Under the pieces are notes generated by a model that saw nothing but the letters and a program-made list of their open reading frames with translations, was not told the DNA's origin and did no database searches. The position numbers were made by a program, and so were the translations under genes. From Rhizophagus irregularis (Eukaryota), in contig NC_089429.1 of assembly GCF_026210795.1 (NCBI RefSeq), positions 6,200,001 to 6,264,000 on the forward strand: a DNA stretch of 64,000 nucleotides, read 5' to 3'. Below are positions 25,642-39,375 of this stretch, piece after piece; within the stretch, counting starts at the first letter, position 1, and every line of letters starts with the position of its first letter.

Positions 25642-28600
25642 AATGATAATGATATATTACTATGACCATATTTCTGTTCTTAAAGAACCTGAAAACTCAA
25701 GGAATTAATAACTAATGGAATAATCATTGCAATGTAAAAATTGGTTTTAGCGCCAAAACCATAAGATGAATGTCCTTGAGATTTACTTATATGGTTGATA
25801 ATAAATTTTAAATATTATTTGATATATATATATATATATTAAAATAAAAATGAATTTATTATGATCATATTTGACCCATATCGTTATTTTTATCTTATCA
25901 TTTTTTTATTTTTATGATATCTATGAGATGATGATAATTACTAATTGGCTTTTATATATTGTTTATGTCCAAAAAAACTGTGAATTATTGTTCGCTGTGT
26001 TACATTAAAAGAAGCTTACATTTTCTACATAGTAATTAATCATTTGTATATAATTATTTTGATGGTTAGTGCGAGAATTTAAAGTTGATACGATTTTAAT
26101 ATAAGTAAAATTTTTTTAATTGGTTAATAAGATTCACTTGATCACCATGAAGTTTGAAAACCCTAAAAATATTATAATAATAAATTTGTAATATTACAAA
26201 GTAATATTACAAACAAAGGGAAGTCAAAGCGATTGTAATTAATTTTATTAAATTAAAAATTTAACTTGTCGAAATGTTTAAAAAAATTCTGTTGAGTCGA
26301 GACTTTAGAACTTTACAGAATTGGTCGCTACTATGCCACTTGATACTAAAAAAGATTATGCAACGAATCACAAAATTATTTATTGAATAAACCTAATGAA
26401 TTACATATATAAATATTTAAATAACGTAATTTTTAAGTAATTTGCTTTTTTAGAATAATATCAAGTAACAAAAAAATATATTTGCAACCATTCAAATGAT
26501 AATATTATATAGCATAAGCAAAAGAGTTTTTCAGTCAGACAAGTATTTTAACCATAACCTCATAAATTATTCTACAAGGATTAATAAAAGAGTTTTTCAG
26601 ATACTCGTGTTAAATCTAAGTTTACTAATTAAACAATGATTTCATACATATATTTATCTCAGGCTGGAGTAACAAGAAAACTTCACCAATTAACATTCAT
26701 CATTTTTGGTCACCAGATCTAAAATTTATGTTAATGTTATTTTTCTAATGGTAATACTTATTAAGTAAGGATAATTAATGCAAGTAATATAATCTTTCAT
26801 TTACAGGAGTCATCTGCCCTAAACGAATAAAACTTGAGTACATATTGTATGCCAATTTTTTAATGGCCAGAAAATAATTAGGAGTCACTTTTATTGAATA
26901 ATTCTGCAATAATCTTTCTAACAGCCCTCACAATACGCTGAATTCAAAAGTCCATAAAAAAGTATGTATTTTTCTGAAGATTCGTGCAAGAGTGAGAGTG
27001 AATCAAACTATCTTCTCCGGAAGAATGTGCATCTGTTACCGAAATATATCAGCAAGTAAAAGTCGACGGTTGGTTAAAATAAGTCGTATAAACACCAGGT
27101 TATCAACGGGATTCTTACTCAATACTACTTATCCGGTATTGTTCGTTAAGAATCGTTAAAATAAACAACTACAAAATACGATAATGATAACACATGTCAA
27201 GTAATAAATGAATATTATATCAAAACACACAGAAACAACAATTATCGATACGAATCATACGATGTATAACAGTTTTTATTAATAATCGTTATGAAGTGAT
27301 AGGTAGTATAACAAAGCAATAATAAATGATGAAAGGTGGTAGGAAAAGGATTTCTACTATAACTGATAAGAATACAACTTATAGTACTGACTACTTTTAT
27401 CAACGAGTTGGTGAAAGGTATTTATATCTATTCTCCATCTCTTTTTCCAACACCATCTATTATCATATCAAAATCTAATCTACCGATATGTTTTAAACAC
27501 ATAACGGAACATGTTTCATTGTAATATGGCTGGTTACTATAATAGTGATAAAAATAACCCATTATAAGCCCTTCTTTTAATAAGTCACGAATGACAATTT
27601 CTATTAGCTGATTATTATTAATCAGGCTATCCTTCATTGACTCTTAATATAGATCTTATACACTAATAATCTTTAATAATACAAATGTAGACAATAAATA
27701 AAATAATATAATATAAAAATAATATAAAATAATATAAACAAATATGTGATAAAAATAATTATTCTATCGCTACATATGTAAAAATAATAATAAAAATAAT
27801 AATAAAATTTATAAAATAAAGAATATTATCTATATGGCTAATTTAATGTACACAACCTGCGGTCACAAATCGTTATGTAATGATAGAAATCGACATGGAC
27901 ACAAATTATATAAATGTCAGATAACGTTGGACATCGGATGCACATTTTATCGCATAACACATCTTATCATGAAGATCACGAAAATTATTAACATGAAAGC
28001 CATCATAATACGGCTCTCGCGCCCAACAATGCTATAGTAACTTTTGACCATGAAATTTTTTTTTATATCTTTCAATATCAAAACATAGTACTTTAGCAAA
28101 CAATTTAGTTAGCCATTCTTTCTTTTTCTTGTATGTCAATTTTTCAATTTATCTACTATTTGCGCTAAATTTACTTGGTAGTGCAGAACGAAAACAAGGA
28201 AATATATGTGTATTCTAAATAAAATGAGTTCAAATTCTGGATAGTTAATAATTTTCATAAATGGAACAAACATCATATGCACAGTATCGCTTCTATAATT
28301 ATACCGTACCATGCTGTAAACGATGTTACTTTTTAATCTCTACGATAATCAATTTTACCAATAGTGTCAAATATAATTCCAGTTTTTTCGATTTACAAAA
28401 AATCAAGTGAAAAACTTTTTGTTTATCATAAGTATGTCGATAAAATAAAAAAATAGAGTATAATACTTAACTTTTCCTAAATTTAAAAAAACATTAAAAT
28501 TTTGATATAGTTGATATTTCTTATTGAAATTTAATTTATTCAAACATTTCTTTTTCAGCAGGCTTTCCAATAAATACTAATATTAAAAAAATAAATTGTG

Positions 28601-29291
28601 TACTCTTTTAATTTATTTATTTTTAGATTATATAGATGGGTCTATTCAAGGATAGATGGTGGAGATGAGTACCATTGAGTTCAAAATCATTGAATACAAG
28701 ACACAGATGAAATATCCCTTAAAGATCAAACAGTATATTGTATAATCATATAAATTGATCAATGCTTGCACGGTTGCACCACCCCTTTCTAATTGATTAA
28801 CGTTAATCGACTAATTAACCGATTAAGAGTTTAAACCAGTTCAAGATTTCTGATAACAATATAGACTTCGCTACTCATGATAACTTTTAACATGGATAAG
28901 CATCCAACTTAGAGTTAGAAACGGCAAATATTATAGACAACCTGATAATTTTATTCGGATAAAGATCGCTCTATCAGGATTTCTGTTGGTAATTTATTCT
29001 TTAAAAAATAATTATATCATACACTTTTACAATTTCCTATTTCTTTTTCGTGTTCATTTAATTCATTCTTTCTTCGGATTTCTAGTCGTCACCAGTGTTG
29101 GAAATTTAGAATTTAGATTATTTTATAAGTACAGAATTAATCATATAAAAAGAGTGTTTTTTTTTAAACCCAATAATATTTATTTAAATTTACTATAAAA
29201 TTGAATACAAAATGAATAATATATAATAATTCCCTTAATAGATAATACAGTAAATATAAATTTGAATATACATTATACATATGACATATCC

Positions 29292-31013
29292 CTAATACAT
29301 CTCATCTATAAATTCATAGGCTTTAATATATAAATCATTATATTCTTTAACTTTAATATTATATGATTCAAATTCCCTCAATTCATCTGTCATATTAAAC
29401 AACTCACTTTTATACTTATGTATAATATATGTACTTACTTGGATTTCTATATATCCTTCAATAGCTAAATATTCAACCCTTTTTTCTTTCATAATATATT
29501 CCTTTATATATGGTAAAATATCATCAAATAAATTAATAATTCTGAATAATAATTTCTTAATAGAAATATGTTTTAAATTTTTTAAAAATACATCCCAAAT
29601 ATTTTTTCTAATCTGAGTATTAAAATATAAATTCAAATATTCTAACTTACAAGGAAGAACATGTGCTAATCTTAAAAACATTTCTATTGTAGATTCATCT
29701 TTTTCATTATGCGGAATTAAAACATATATAGAAAGATAATTAAGGTTTTGACCGAAAATATTGACTGAATCTAATGCAATATGAGTTTTCTGAATACTAG
29801 TCGTATATATATCAAAAAATTTAATTCTCTTACAATAATTATTAATAAATTCTAATGCTCTATATTTTAATACATCTTTTACATTTGAGCTAAATCCAAT
29901 ATTTTCTAAATATTCCCCAAAATTTTGAAATAATAATTGCATTAATAATACAATTTGTAAATTTCTATTTTCATCACTCATGAACAAATCATGTTCATCC
30001 TTTATAAATAAAGATATTAATTTAAATGGTTTGTTAAGATCAATGATTTGTTGAATAAAATTAGAATTAAAAATAAGACATTCAAGTATATGAATTGATT
30101 CTAAAACATTTAGTTGTTCAAATGCCTCTTTTATATGTAATATATTCCTAAAATTAATTCTATAAAATATGATTACCTTTAAAGGTTTTGAACTATTAGA
30201 ATCACCTATGATATTATAAAATGGTATAATATCTGATGAAAATGGAAGTGTATGTTCATTTATATATTTAACATGAGCAAAAATAATTTTTTCAAGATTT
30301 CTTTGTGAATTAATAATTTGTGATAATATAATGTGATTATGTTTAAAACTTTTATATCCTGAAAATCTAACATGAAGTGATGAAATTAAATTGCAATGAT
30401 AATAAAAACATTTTAAAAATTTATAATCAAATTTATATTTTACAATATCTTCATTAAAATGAAGTTTTAAATTTTTTAGTTTACTAATGAATTTTGGATT
30501 TTGTAAGATTAATTTAAAAATAGAATTAAAATATTTTCTACTCTCAAGGTATTTATAAGCAATTTCAATTTCAAAAGTGTATAATTTAGCTTCATTTTCG
30601 ATAAATATTTTAATTAATAATAAAAAAATACGTCCTTTTGAACAGGTAAACATTTTGTTAGCTTCAATCCAATTTACAATAATGGAATATATGTTTCGTG
30701 TATTTATACATTTTATAAAATTGGAATAATTAAATAATGTTTTTGTAGGAAATACATTATTACTAATTCCACATCTACTTAATTGTGCTTTGTCTTTTTC
30801 ATTTATTTTTTGTAAGTAAATTTCAATAAAGTGAAAATTTTTAGGATTTTTCATTGAAAACGGATCTTTCCATAATAATGGAATCGCAATTTGACACCAA
30901 AATTTATTAACTAAAATACATGAACGTAATGTTGGAATGTCATCCCTAAAATATTGAATAATATCATCTGTTAATTCGGGAAGATTTCCTAATAATACTT
31001 TTGAGCATGCCAT
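29292..31013 (-). CDS. F-box-like/LRR (RNI-like) protein, 573 aa, single exon
   Basis: Uninterrupted ORF. N-terminal LPELTDDIIQYF...LRSCILVNKFWCQIAIPLLWKDPF and LFNY motifs, followed by a leucine-rich body. Confidence 0.85.
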   Translation of the reverse strand: MACSKVLLGNLPELTDDIIQYFRDDIPTLRSCILVNKFWCQIAIPLLWKDPFSMKNPKNFHFIEIYLQKINEKDKAQLSRCGISNNVFPTKTLFNYSNFIKCINTRNIYSIIVNWIEANKMFTCSKGRIFLLLIKIFIENEAKLYTFEIEIAYKYLESRKYFNSIFKLILQNPKFISKLKNLKLHFNEDIVKYKFDYKFLKCFYYHCNLISSLHVRFSGYKSFKHNHIILSQIINSQRNLEKIIFAHVKYINEHTLPFSSDIIPFYNIIGDSNSSKPLKVIIFYRINFRNILHIKEAFEQLNVLESIHILECLIFNSNFIQQIIDLNKPFKLISLFIKDEHDLFMSDENRNLQIVLLMQLLFQNFGEYLENIGFSSNVKDVLKYRALEFINNYCKRIKFFDIYTTSIQKTHIALDSVNIFGQNLNYLSIYVLIPHNEKDESTIEMFLRLAHVLPCKLEYLNLYFNTQIRKNIWDVFLKNLKHISIKKLLFRIINLFDDILPYIKEYIMKEKRVEYLAIEGYIEIQVSTYIIHKYKSELFNMTDELREFESYNIKVKEYNDLYIKAYEFIDEMY

Positions 31014-32699
31014 ATTGCAAACGAAAGAAAGAAAAAAGGGAGGAGTTTTTTTTTGAAATTATTAAAATTAGGGTATATTTATAATTATTTTCTTGATATA
31101 TATGGCGATCAGGTGTCGGCATTTCGGCTATTCCATTCCATTTATAGATAACAAGGAATCATCATTTAACCAATCGGTTTTCAGAAAATCGCAAATGGTT
31201 AATTTATTAATTTATTCAGCTGCGAAAAATTCATATGATTTGTGCAAATTTATGTCGATCATTATGATACCCTCCTGGCCTCCTTAAATAATACTCTTTA
31301 TGTGAACAATAACATATTAATACATGTATATACCCCAAAGTTACATAATTTTTTACTTTATTTAACCACACCAAATTTACATTTTCTGCAGTCATGTGAT
31401 TTAGTTATATTAATTCATAATTTGTTTAGAATCTTCCTTGCTCCTCCTACCATCATCATAGTCTTGAAAAAATATTACCTTGATTTCAATGGAATAGATA
31501 GATGTTCAAATCCAAAATTCACAAAATCCCAAGATAGTAACAGATTTTTATATGTTGTATGTGGAATGAATAATGATTGTTATGTTGAATAAAAATAATT
31601 TATCTATCGAACGCGAAAAAAATCATTGACTTTGTTCCCTAATTTGTTTAATAAAATGGTATATATAAGTTTTGACAAATTTCATTAAAAAAAATAAATA
31701 AATAAATAAAGAACAAAGAATAAATGATATAAATTCATCAAATTATGTAAATTATGTACTAAAATCTGATTTTTACTGAAATGTAATTTTTAGACGAAAA
31801 ACTTTAAGCAACTATTATTATTATTTTATGTACTGTACTTTCCTTTCTTCAACTATTAATTGGCTTGATTCTATAAGGGATAGTGCCATTATAAATAAAT
31901 CCTTATTATTAGTATTATAATAATTTATGATGATAATAAGATATTTATGATAATAAGATATAGTATTTATTATATAAATGAAATTATTATTATGCAAAGA
32001 TAGATATGCCTGACTCTTAGTTGCACTTGGTGAGTTTATAGAATATTCGACAAAATAAATAAATCTAATGTTATTTTTTGTTCTTAACTGTTAATATGTT
32101 TGCAATTATCGTAAGAGATATTGTTTATGGCTGTTTTATTATTATAAACAAGAGAATAGGTTATTGAACAACTAGAAGCAAGAATAATTATAAAGTCATA
32201 AAAGTAAATTTTCCTTTATAATATTACATAATACATTTTATTAAATTTGGATACTATTCAACTAGTATACTTTGGATACAGTGAATAAGCTTTTTTTTAA
32301 AAAGTATATTTTATTTTTATTAAATTATTAAAATTTATATAAATAAATTCATATTTCATAGAGTTAAATTTTTGCTTTAATCTATCTAATTCTATTAACA
32401 TTGCATTATTTACTTTTATTGCCTTATAAAAAATGTTTGTCTGATAAATATTCGGAATGGAGTCAATTTTCCGGACATTTGCACGAATCGCACGCTATTA
32501 TTCAATATTTGTTACAATTTAACACAAGATGCGGAGATTGGGAATTTTTAACCACATAAAAAACGTACAATATCATGATGAATGTCCAATAAATGACAAG
32601 TAAATGTTCGGAACGGGGTCGATTTTCCGAACAAAAAATCGAACAGTATTTGGACAATATTTTTTTAATGGGTTGCATCTTAGTCAAAAGAGCAAATTT

Positions 32700-35207
32700 A
32701 TTTCTACTACAAATTAAAATACAATTAATAGATATCACTATTCCTCATTCTAACTTTATATTCTATACAGATGGATCAGTTAAATAAATTTGCACAGTCC
32801 AATGTTTGCTTTCACCTTTCATAACGTTATATATAGTTGTCTATAATTGATGATCCAAAATATTAGATCCCGAATTAAAAAGTCATTTTGTTTCAATTTC
32901 CTACATGGGCTAACTACTGGAGGTTTCAGACGTTAGTTATAGCCTTATAGGTAGTAATGCAATTTGCTGAGTCTGTGAAAGATAGTGCATGTGCTGTTGT
33001 ATGGTAATGTGATTATTGCTGTTAGATTACCGGCAATGCAACGATGACAAATACAATGACATAGCAAATGAACTAGTCAAGGCTGGTTCGAGTATTAAAG
33101 ACCCTATTCATTAGGTCTCATACAATGGAACAATGTTTATGTAATTGACTATAACATTAGAAAATGGAGTAACACCATCTGTCATACAAGCTCGAATTTT
33201 CACATCAGTTAACAATTCTACATTAAACGTCATATCCTAGAATATAATATAGATTGGTATTATACCAAACGATGGATCAATCACAACCCTTTTGACACTC
33301 CAACGAATGATATACTCTCATCCCTACAAAGTTCACGTATCAAAAAGGCCAACTTTATTTATCCGACGGCTGGCATACTTCAACGTAATTATCTACGACT
33401 CTATCCATCAGGACCAATACTTTGCATAGATTGTACACAACACCTGAAACTAATGATTATGTTGGATTATGCAACCATCATTATAACAAAATTTGGGACA
33501 TTTTACGCAAATTCAAGCCTATTTTGAAGGACATTAACTTTAAATATGCCACTGACTAAACTTTTGACCTACATAGTGTTCCGAAAGGGTCGGGTCAAAC
33601 CCGGGTCATTTGACCCGACCCGTGTTTAAAATCTGAATCAGGTTTATCATTATTTGACACGAGTCTTATATTCAACCTGACTCGTCGGGTCAGGGTCACA
33701 CCTTTGCTTGACCCGGGTTGACCTGGGTTGACCCAGGTTTAATCAAATATTTATATTTAAAATATTTATAAACGTTTACATTACACGATTTTTAATTTCT
33801 AACTTTGTTTGTGTATAAAATGAGTGAAGCTGAGAAATTAACTCTTGGAAAGCGAACTTATTTAAGAAGTCTATAACACTTGAGCAGATCGAAATCAAGA
33901 TGTTCTACTATGATGGAAGATATATGTTTAATAATAACTAGTCTATTTTATTAGATTTTATTAATTGTTATGAAAATATACTAGTTAAATATAGTAAAGT
34001 ATTCACAGTTTCACACCTAGCAGCAATGGTAAGAGATTATATTGTAATCATTGAATAATATTAAAATTGGTTAAATTTTTTTTTTACCTGTAATTGAAAG
34101 TGTTACAGTTGAAGATTTTTTCTGGAGGAACCGGCCAAAAGAAGCAATCTAAAACCAAATACAAATCACGCGTTATATGTTTGAAATCAGGCTGGGCGTA
34201 AGGAGGATTTAAAAAATTATAAAATATCTGAAAATTTTATTTGGACCCGGGTTATCCGGGGGTTAAACTATATCGGGTCAGATCAGAGGTCGGGTCATGT
34301 AAATATTAACCCGGGTATTTGTACGGGTTGGTTTTTATACTCAGGTCAAGTTCGAATACATCCTCAAACCCGACCCGACTCGACCCTTTCGGAACACTAG
34401 ACCTACATCATCGTATCAACAATTCAACGTTTGTTGATACTATCAATGTCTTTACAGCATCCAACAATTTGTCAAGTGACCACCTTGTTTATTTGCTTCT
34501 TTACAATTTAATCCCAGCAGATTTAACTGCCCTATTTTACAATTATATAGGTAAAAGTCGTCTTCGAGACGCCGCCTTCAAAGTATTTATTACCACATTG
34601 ATGCAAGAAATTAACACATCAATATGGAACGAACGTTCATCTAAATTCAAACAGTGGGAACTTCACAGAGAAAAAGAAGAAATGTTATTATGTTATTATA
34701 ACCATTACTTCAAATGAGATCATAATAATGTCTCAGTAAACTACAACAACATCGCATCGATGATATAATTATGCATCATGCACCTTTCACAATACTTCCC
34801 TATATTCAACCGAGGGACGTATTGACAATAATGCACATATTCGGTAGACATCTAGTAATTTTTTACATTCTGGTTCTTTGGAAACATATAGAGATAGTTT
34901 ATTATTTGATACTATAGATTTGTGGATTTATATAATATTTTTTATGATTTTTCTTTAATTAATAAATAATTCTATCTAGTCTAACTACATATTTTTATTT
35001 CTTCTATTAATTTTATACCTCGGTGGGTTCGGCTGTGCTTTTTAAGCATTCCGTTCATGATTCTATTTTACATCAAGGTGACATTACCCTCACGGCTATA
35101 GTGATTTGATTATCAGTTGTTAGAGTTACTTTCAATTCTAGTATATAGTTTCTTTGTGATTTTTTAACTTTGTCCACTTTGAGAAATAAAAATAAAAATA
35201 AAATAAA
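32700..35207 (+). mobile_element. Decayed non-LTR retrotransposon (LINE) 3' portion with RNase H and CCHC remnants, split by a hAT element
   Basis: FIFYTDGS (RNase H), RIKKANFIYPTAGILQRNY..LCIDC (zinc knuckle region), IWNERS and SNFLHSG remnants. A-rich tail at about 35183-35207. Confidence 0.75.
33574..34399 (+). mobile_element. Internally deleted hAT element (Ds-like), 826 bp
   Basis: Perfect 19-bp TIR TAGTGTTCCGAAAGGGTCG. 8-bp TSD GACCTACA (33566-33573 and 34400-34407). GACCC/GGGTC subterminal repeats. RFFSGG..KRSNLKP remnant of the hAT dimerization domain near 34115-34190. Confidence 0.95.
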
Positions 35208-35399
35208 GGAGAGAATTTAGCAACCACCAATTATAATATACAATAATGTGAATTTTATATTAATATTTACCAATATAATTACTGCTGCACATCCTACAAA
35301 AAGGAAAAGAAAAAAATGTCAAATGTCTTTATTTTTTTAATTTTTCTTTTTTTTTTTAAAAAAAAATATAATCAAAGTTGGATGTATCAATTTGACTGT

Positions 35400-36238
35400 A
35401 CATAAGAATGACTGAAGAATTCCTGAGTTTTAATTAGTCTAGTAACTCCATCATTGTTACCATTCTAATTAATAATAAGTTCCAATTCTTTAACTGATTA
35501 ACTGATTTGCAAATTTCTTTATATTCGTATAACATCAATATTTGAAAAGCAATGCTTAGTAAATTTTGTATTTTTCATTAATAAAAAGACGAGTAATTTC
35601 ATTGTAAACAATCAACACTCCAGCTAACTCTTTGGTTACATTTAAATTTAAATGTTTACAAAAATTAACATAATTAAATAAAGGTTTTTTGTATTAATTA
35701 ATTGTAAGGCCACACAAATTCAATTTTTCGGTTCACGTAACATTGAAATTTAAAATCAACCCGGGGACCCGGGGTTTATTGTTTATTAGTAAAAAAAGTT
35801 TATATATAAAATCGTGACATTTGATTGGTTGACTTTTAAAAGGGAGGAATTTATTTTCGCTCTAGAAGTTCTCAGCCGCGTGATAAACTTACCCGCCAAT
35901 AAAATTACGTCCTGATCACATGATAAATTTTTTATATATAAACTTTTTTTTATTGAAATTTGAAAAAGTGACCCGGCCGGGTGAAGTGAACCGAAAATTC
36001 GAATTTGTGTGGCCTAAAGTTCATATTATTTGTGAAATAATTACATCTAGTAGGAATTTTCCTTTTGAGTAATTTAATATTTCCAAGGATTTCTCCACAG
36101 AATTGGAATAGTAATCTCACACTGAGTTTTTTTATATATTATTTATTAACTAAAAGGCAATAATGAAGAGTATTTTTATCATTATGTAACTCTTTGAAAA
36201 ATATTAAATAAAGAACTTCTTTGTTTAATTAGAACATT
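35400..36238 (-). pseudogene. F-box-like/LRR pseudogene (MITE-interrupted)
   Basis: MF*LNKEVLYLIF..LHYCLLVNK..CEITIPILWRNPW and KPLFNYVNFCKHLN remnants with stops and deletions. Confidence 0.7.
35708..36014. mobile_element. PIF/Harbinger (Tourist-like) MITE, 307 bp
   Basis: 29-bp TIR GGCCACACAAATTC..TTTTCGGTTCAC with 2 mismatches. TAA TSD on both sides. Confidence 0.9.
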
Positions 36239-36403
36239 TATTATTATCTATTATTATTATTATTTTAGGTTAAAGGTTAAAAGTGCGCATAATTATTAAT
36301 AATAAAATGAATCAAATTATATTACAAGTACCGTAATTTTCTGCAAAATTTGACCGCAAGTCCCAGGATTATGCCAAAGATCTACTGATTGCTCGCTCAA
36401 TAA

Positions 36404-36638
36404 TGCAGTAAGTCACAAAAAAATCTATCAGAAATTTTAGTTAAAAATTTGTTAAATGGAATAAAAATACAAAGAAAAATTTCACAGTAATTCATATGCA
36501 TTTTACATAATAAAACTATTATTTCATAATAATGATCAATCATCTTAAAATTTAGCTGCTAATTCACATTTACCAAAAAAAAAAGAATTCTTTATAATTT
36601 TGCAACATTTGCGGCTAGATTTTTTGTGCCTTACTGCA
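36404..36638. mobile_element. MITE-like inverted-repeat element
   Basis: TGCAGTAAG(T/G)CACAAAAAA(A)TCTA is inverted at both ends. No clear TSD. Confidence 0.6.
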
Positions 36639-36830
36639 CTATGATTAAGAATTGCGTAACTATTGCGTAGTCAATTATCCACAGGCACATGCCAAAATCT
36701 TGCAGCACAGCCGCTAGTGATACTGCACTTGCAACGTGAATATGTCACAAATAAAAAAACAATTCATTTTGAATACTCTTTCAGTAAAAATAACTATTAT
36801 TTTATAGTAGCCAAATTTAAGAAGTCAGTG

Positions 36831-37760
36831 ATGTTCTTTAATTGGGTTATGGTACATTTCAGTTCGCTGAAGGAATGTTTCACCGAAGGGATGTTTCACC
36901 GAAAGGACATTTCACCAAAAGTGCATTTTATCGAATCCATTTTTCTGAATCATCCATTCCATTCCCCCGAAAATGGTAGCGATTAATATTTTTATAAAAA
37001 ATATTCATCATGTAATGAAAATTAAAATTATTTTTAGAGGTCTTTTTTCCAGGACATTATCACTTTAACATTCAAGCAAGCAAGAAATAAATAACTTTAT
37101 TTTACTAAAAACATTTATTCACGAAGAAGTAAGTACTAAAAAAAAAATTCAATAAAAATCATCTAATTCAAAAATTTTTCTAGAAAAGATTTCTTTATGT
37201 ACTTAATAAAAAGCTTTGGCGAAATGGAATTCAGCGAAGCGCCTCTTTGGCGAAATATCCCTTCGGCGAAACATCCTTTCGACAAAAAGTCCAGATACCT
37301 TTTACTTGATATTCAGAGGGTTCCATAATGGTATTAGATTTTTCATTCTTGCCTTTTACTAGTTAATAGAACTTGGTGAGATTATTATTCCAATTTTATG
37401 GAAAGATCTCTAGAAATGTTTGTGTAAAAAGTGAATTTTCTGAGATGTAAACATTTATCATGCGGATCTATTAAATAATATAAAGAACTAAGCTGTATAC
37501 AAAACCCGTGCAAAAATTTTATTTAATTATGTTAGTTTTTGTAAGCATTATTTACAATCAACGAGTTAGTAGTTATGTCTTATGTGGTATATTGGATCGA
37601 ATATAAGTGATAGTAGTGATAGTGATTTAACTGGATTGATAGAAACGTACAGATTAATTAAAGAATTGGGACTTATTATTAGGTATATTAGCAATCAACA
37701 TACTGTATTATAATGATGAGTAAAGGAATATAAATTTGTATATAATAAATACAAAAAATA
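36831..37760 (+). pseudogene. F-box-like/LRR pseudogene
   Basis: MFFNWV[TE]FYLIF..HSCL-LVNRTW-EIIIPILWKD and LFNYVSFCKH remnants with frameshifts. Confidence 0.65.
36851..37299. mobile_element. Foldback/Mutator-like non-autonomous element with internally repetitive TIRs
   Basis: Left arm has ~16-bp repeats of TTTCACCGAA; right arm has the inverse TTCGGCGAAA. Ends are GGTA...TACC. It splits the first codons of an F-box-like gene. TSD not resolved. Confidence 0.65.
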
Positions 37761-37960
37761 GTTTATTAGCTTAAAATTCTACCTAGCAATAATACCATCT
37801 GAATTATTGACTAATATCGATTCATTTAAAGCAATTACTTTTAAAAGACTGCATTAAAAATTCATGACTGTTGTTAAATATTGAGAATATTGAGGCCAAT
37901 GTTGTATCCTCCACAGAATGTCGTTAATGTTCCAGAATGATTTTTTGATCAACTTTAGTG

Positions 37961-39375
37961 CTAACTGAAACAAATATTTGTAATGTAACCAATAAAATCT
38001 ACATAAGCCAAATTTTCAAAGTTTTTGATTACTCCTTCTCTTTTATATTCATTAATCACTTTTGTACAATCATCATCTATATCATTTCCAGTAGTAAACA
38101 GGGAGAGTGCATGCCTGCCTTTCCATTCTTCTAAGAATTCCTCCAAGTTTTTTAAAGAAAATTTAAATTTACGACTGAACCTAATTTCTTTTAAATTGGT
38201 TGGCATTGACCTAATTAATACTCTTAATAATTCTTCTCCATTGTTCAAAGAGCAAGTATCATCATCATCTAATATAACTATTAATAATGACTTTAAATTT
38301 TTACAAACTCCTAGTAGTTTTTCAAGTTCAATAAAATGCGCCTTTGTTGGCGAAAATGCAATTGATAAATATTCAATTGAAGGAAATTTCATAAATTTTA
38401 CGAATAAAGTATACAGAATTTCCATTAAATTCATCATATTCGTAATCAATATTATAGGGTTCGAACAAAATTTTCTTGAGATTTGCTCCACTATTTTCAA
38501 TTATACTAGAAATCACGTTTAACCTATTACCCTCTATATTAAGAATTTCAAGTTCGCGATAAGCTTGCATTTGCAATTTTTCCAATTTTTCTTCATTAAA
38601 AAAAAGATAAACATCAATTGTTAATATTTTTATATTATAAAATTTTGGAAGTACCTCTTGCAATAAAGTGTGTTCATAATTTTCCACATATCGGGCAAAC
38701 AATTGAGATTTCAGCTTTTTTTCTAGCGCGAGAAAAACTTTTTCGTAAGGATCATTATCTGTAAAATACCCATAATCAAAATCATCATCCCATTGAAAAT
38801 ACTTTAAGTTCTTTTGAACCTCAATTAACTTAACAATCCCATGATTAGGTTTTATGTCAACATTAACAATGATAAGTCTCTGTAAATATTGACAGAATTG
38901 TGAACCATGGCTTCTGGAAATTGAAATATTTGGTGTTTAATTGATCTCATATCAAAATATTTCAATTCTAAACATTTTTTCATAAAGAGAAAGTAAAATT
39001 TTTGTTGCATATTAAATTGATTATAATCTAGATCTGAACCAATAGAAATTATTTCCTTTATAATATTTACATTGACACTTCTACAGTAAGAAAAATAATC
39101 AAACAAAAGTGATTGATTTGAACCTGAAGGTAATTGTATTTCTTGATTTGTTATGAATTCTTTGATATCGTCAAATAAATATTGAGAAATATTATGAATA
39201 AAGAGATATTGTTACAGTAATTAATACCATTGTAGCACCAGGGATTCCTCCATAAAATTGGTATCGCAGTTTCACACCAAAGTCTATTAATCATTAGACA
39301 TGAAAAGAGAGATTTCGAATCTTCTCGTAATTCCTCAAATATTAAGAAAAGAATATCTTTGTTGAGTTTGGACAT
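37961..39375 (-). pseudogene. F-box-like/LRR gene broken by several frameshifts
   Basis: Collinear ORF fragments 39375-39151 (LFSCLMINRLWCETAIPILWRNPW), 39106-38852, 38702-38373 and 38500-37961 (NNGEELLRVLIRSMPTNLKEIRF...LEEFLEEWKGR). Confidence 0.85.

Larger units (their letters stand above)
22140..25800 (-). pseudogene. Multi-exon 7TM GPCR-like (Git3/cAMP-receptor-like) pseudogene interrupted by three transposons
   Basis: Hydrophobic exon remnants PFDFGK..WLPIIFIPLII, YW|CG, LCYADVVKVIRDV...ERRTFKKVLTY-ILVFILQ and SFGGIESVIQY-NEG, with frameshifts and stops. The family call comes from remembered motif similarity. Boundaries are approximate. Confidence 0.55.

Noticed and set aside
32435..32660. 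MITE with two TTCGGAA..TTTTCCG repeats
   Set aside because: TIRs are weak and there is no TSD, so boundaries cannot be supported.
38025..38522. 165-aa plus-strand ORF (also 52970-53203, 13081-13293, 11552-11758)
   Set aside because: Antisense shadows of minus-strand coding sequence.
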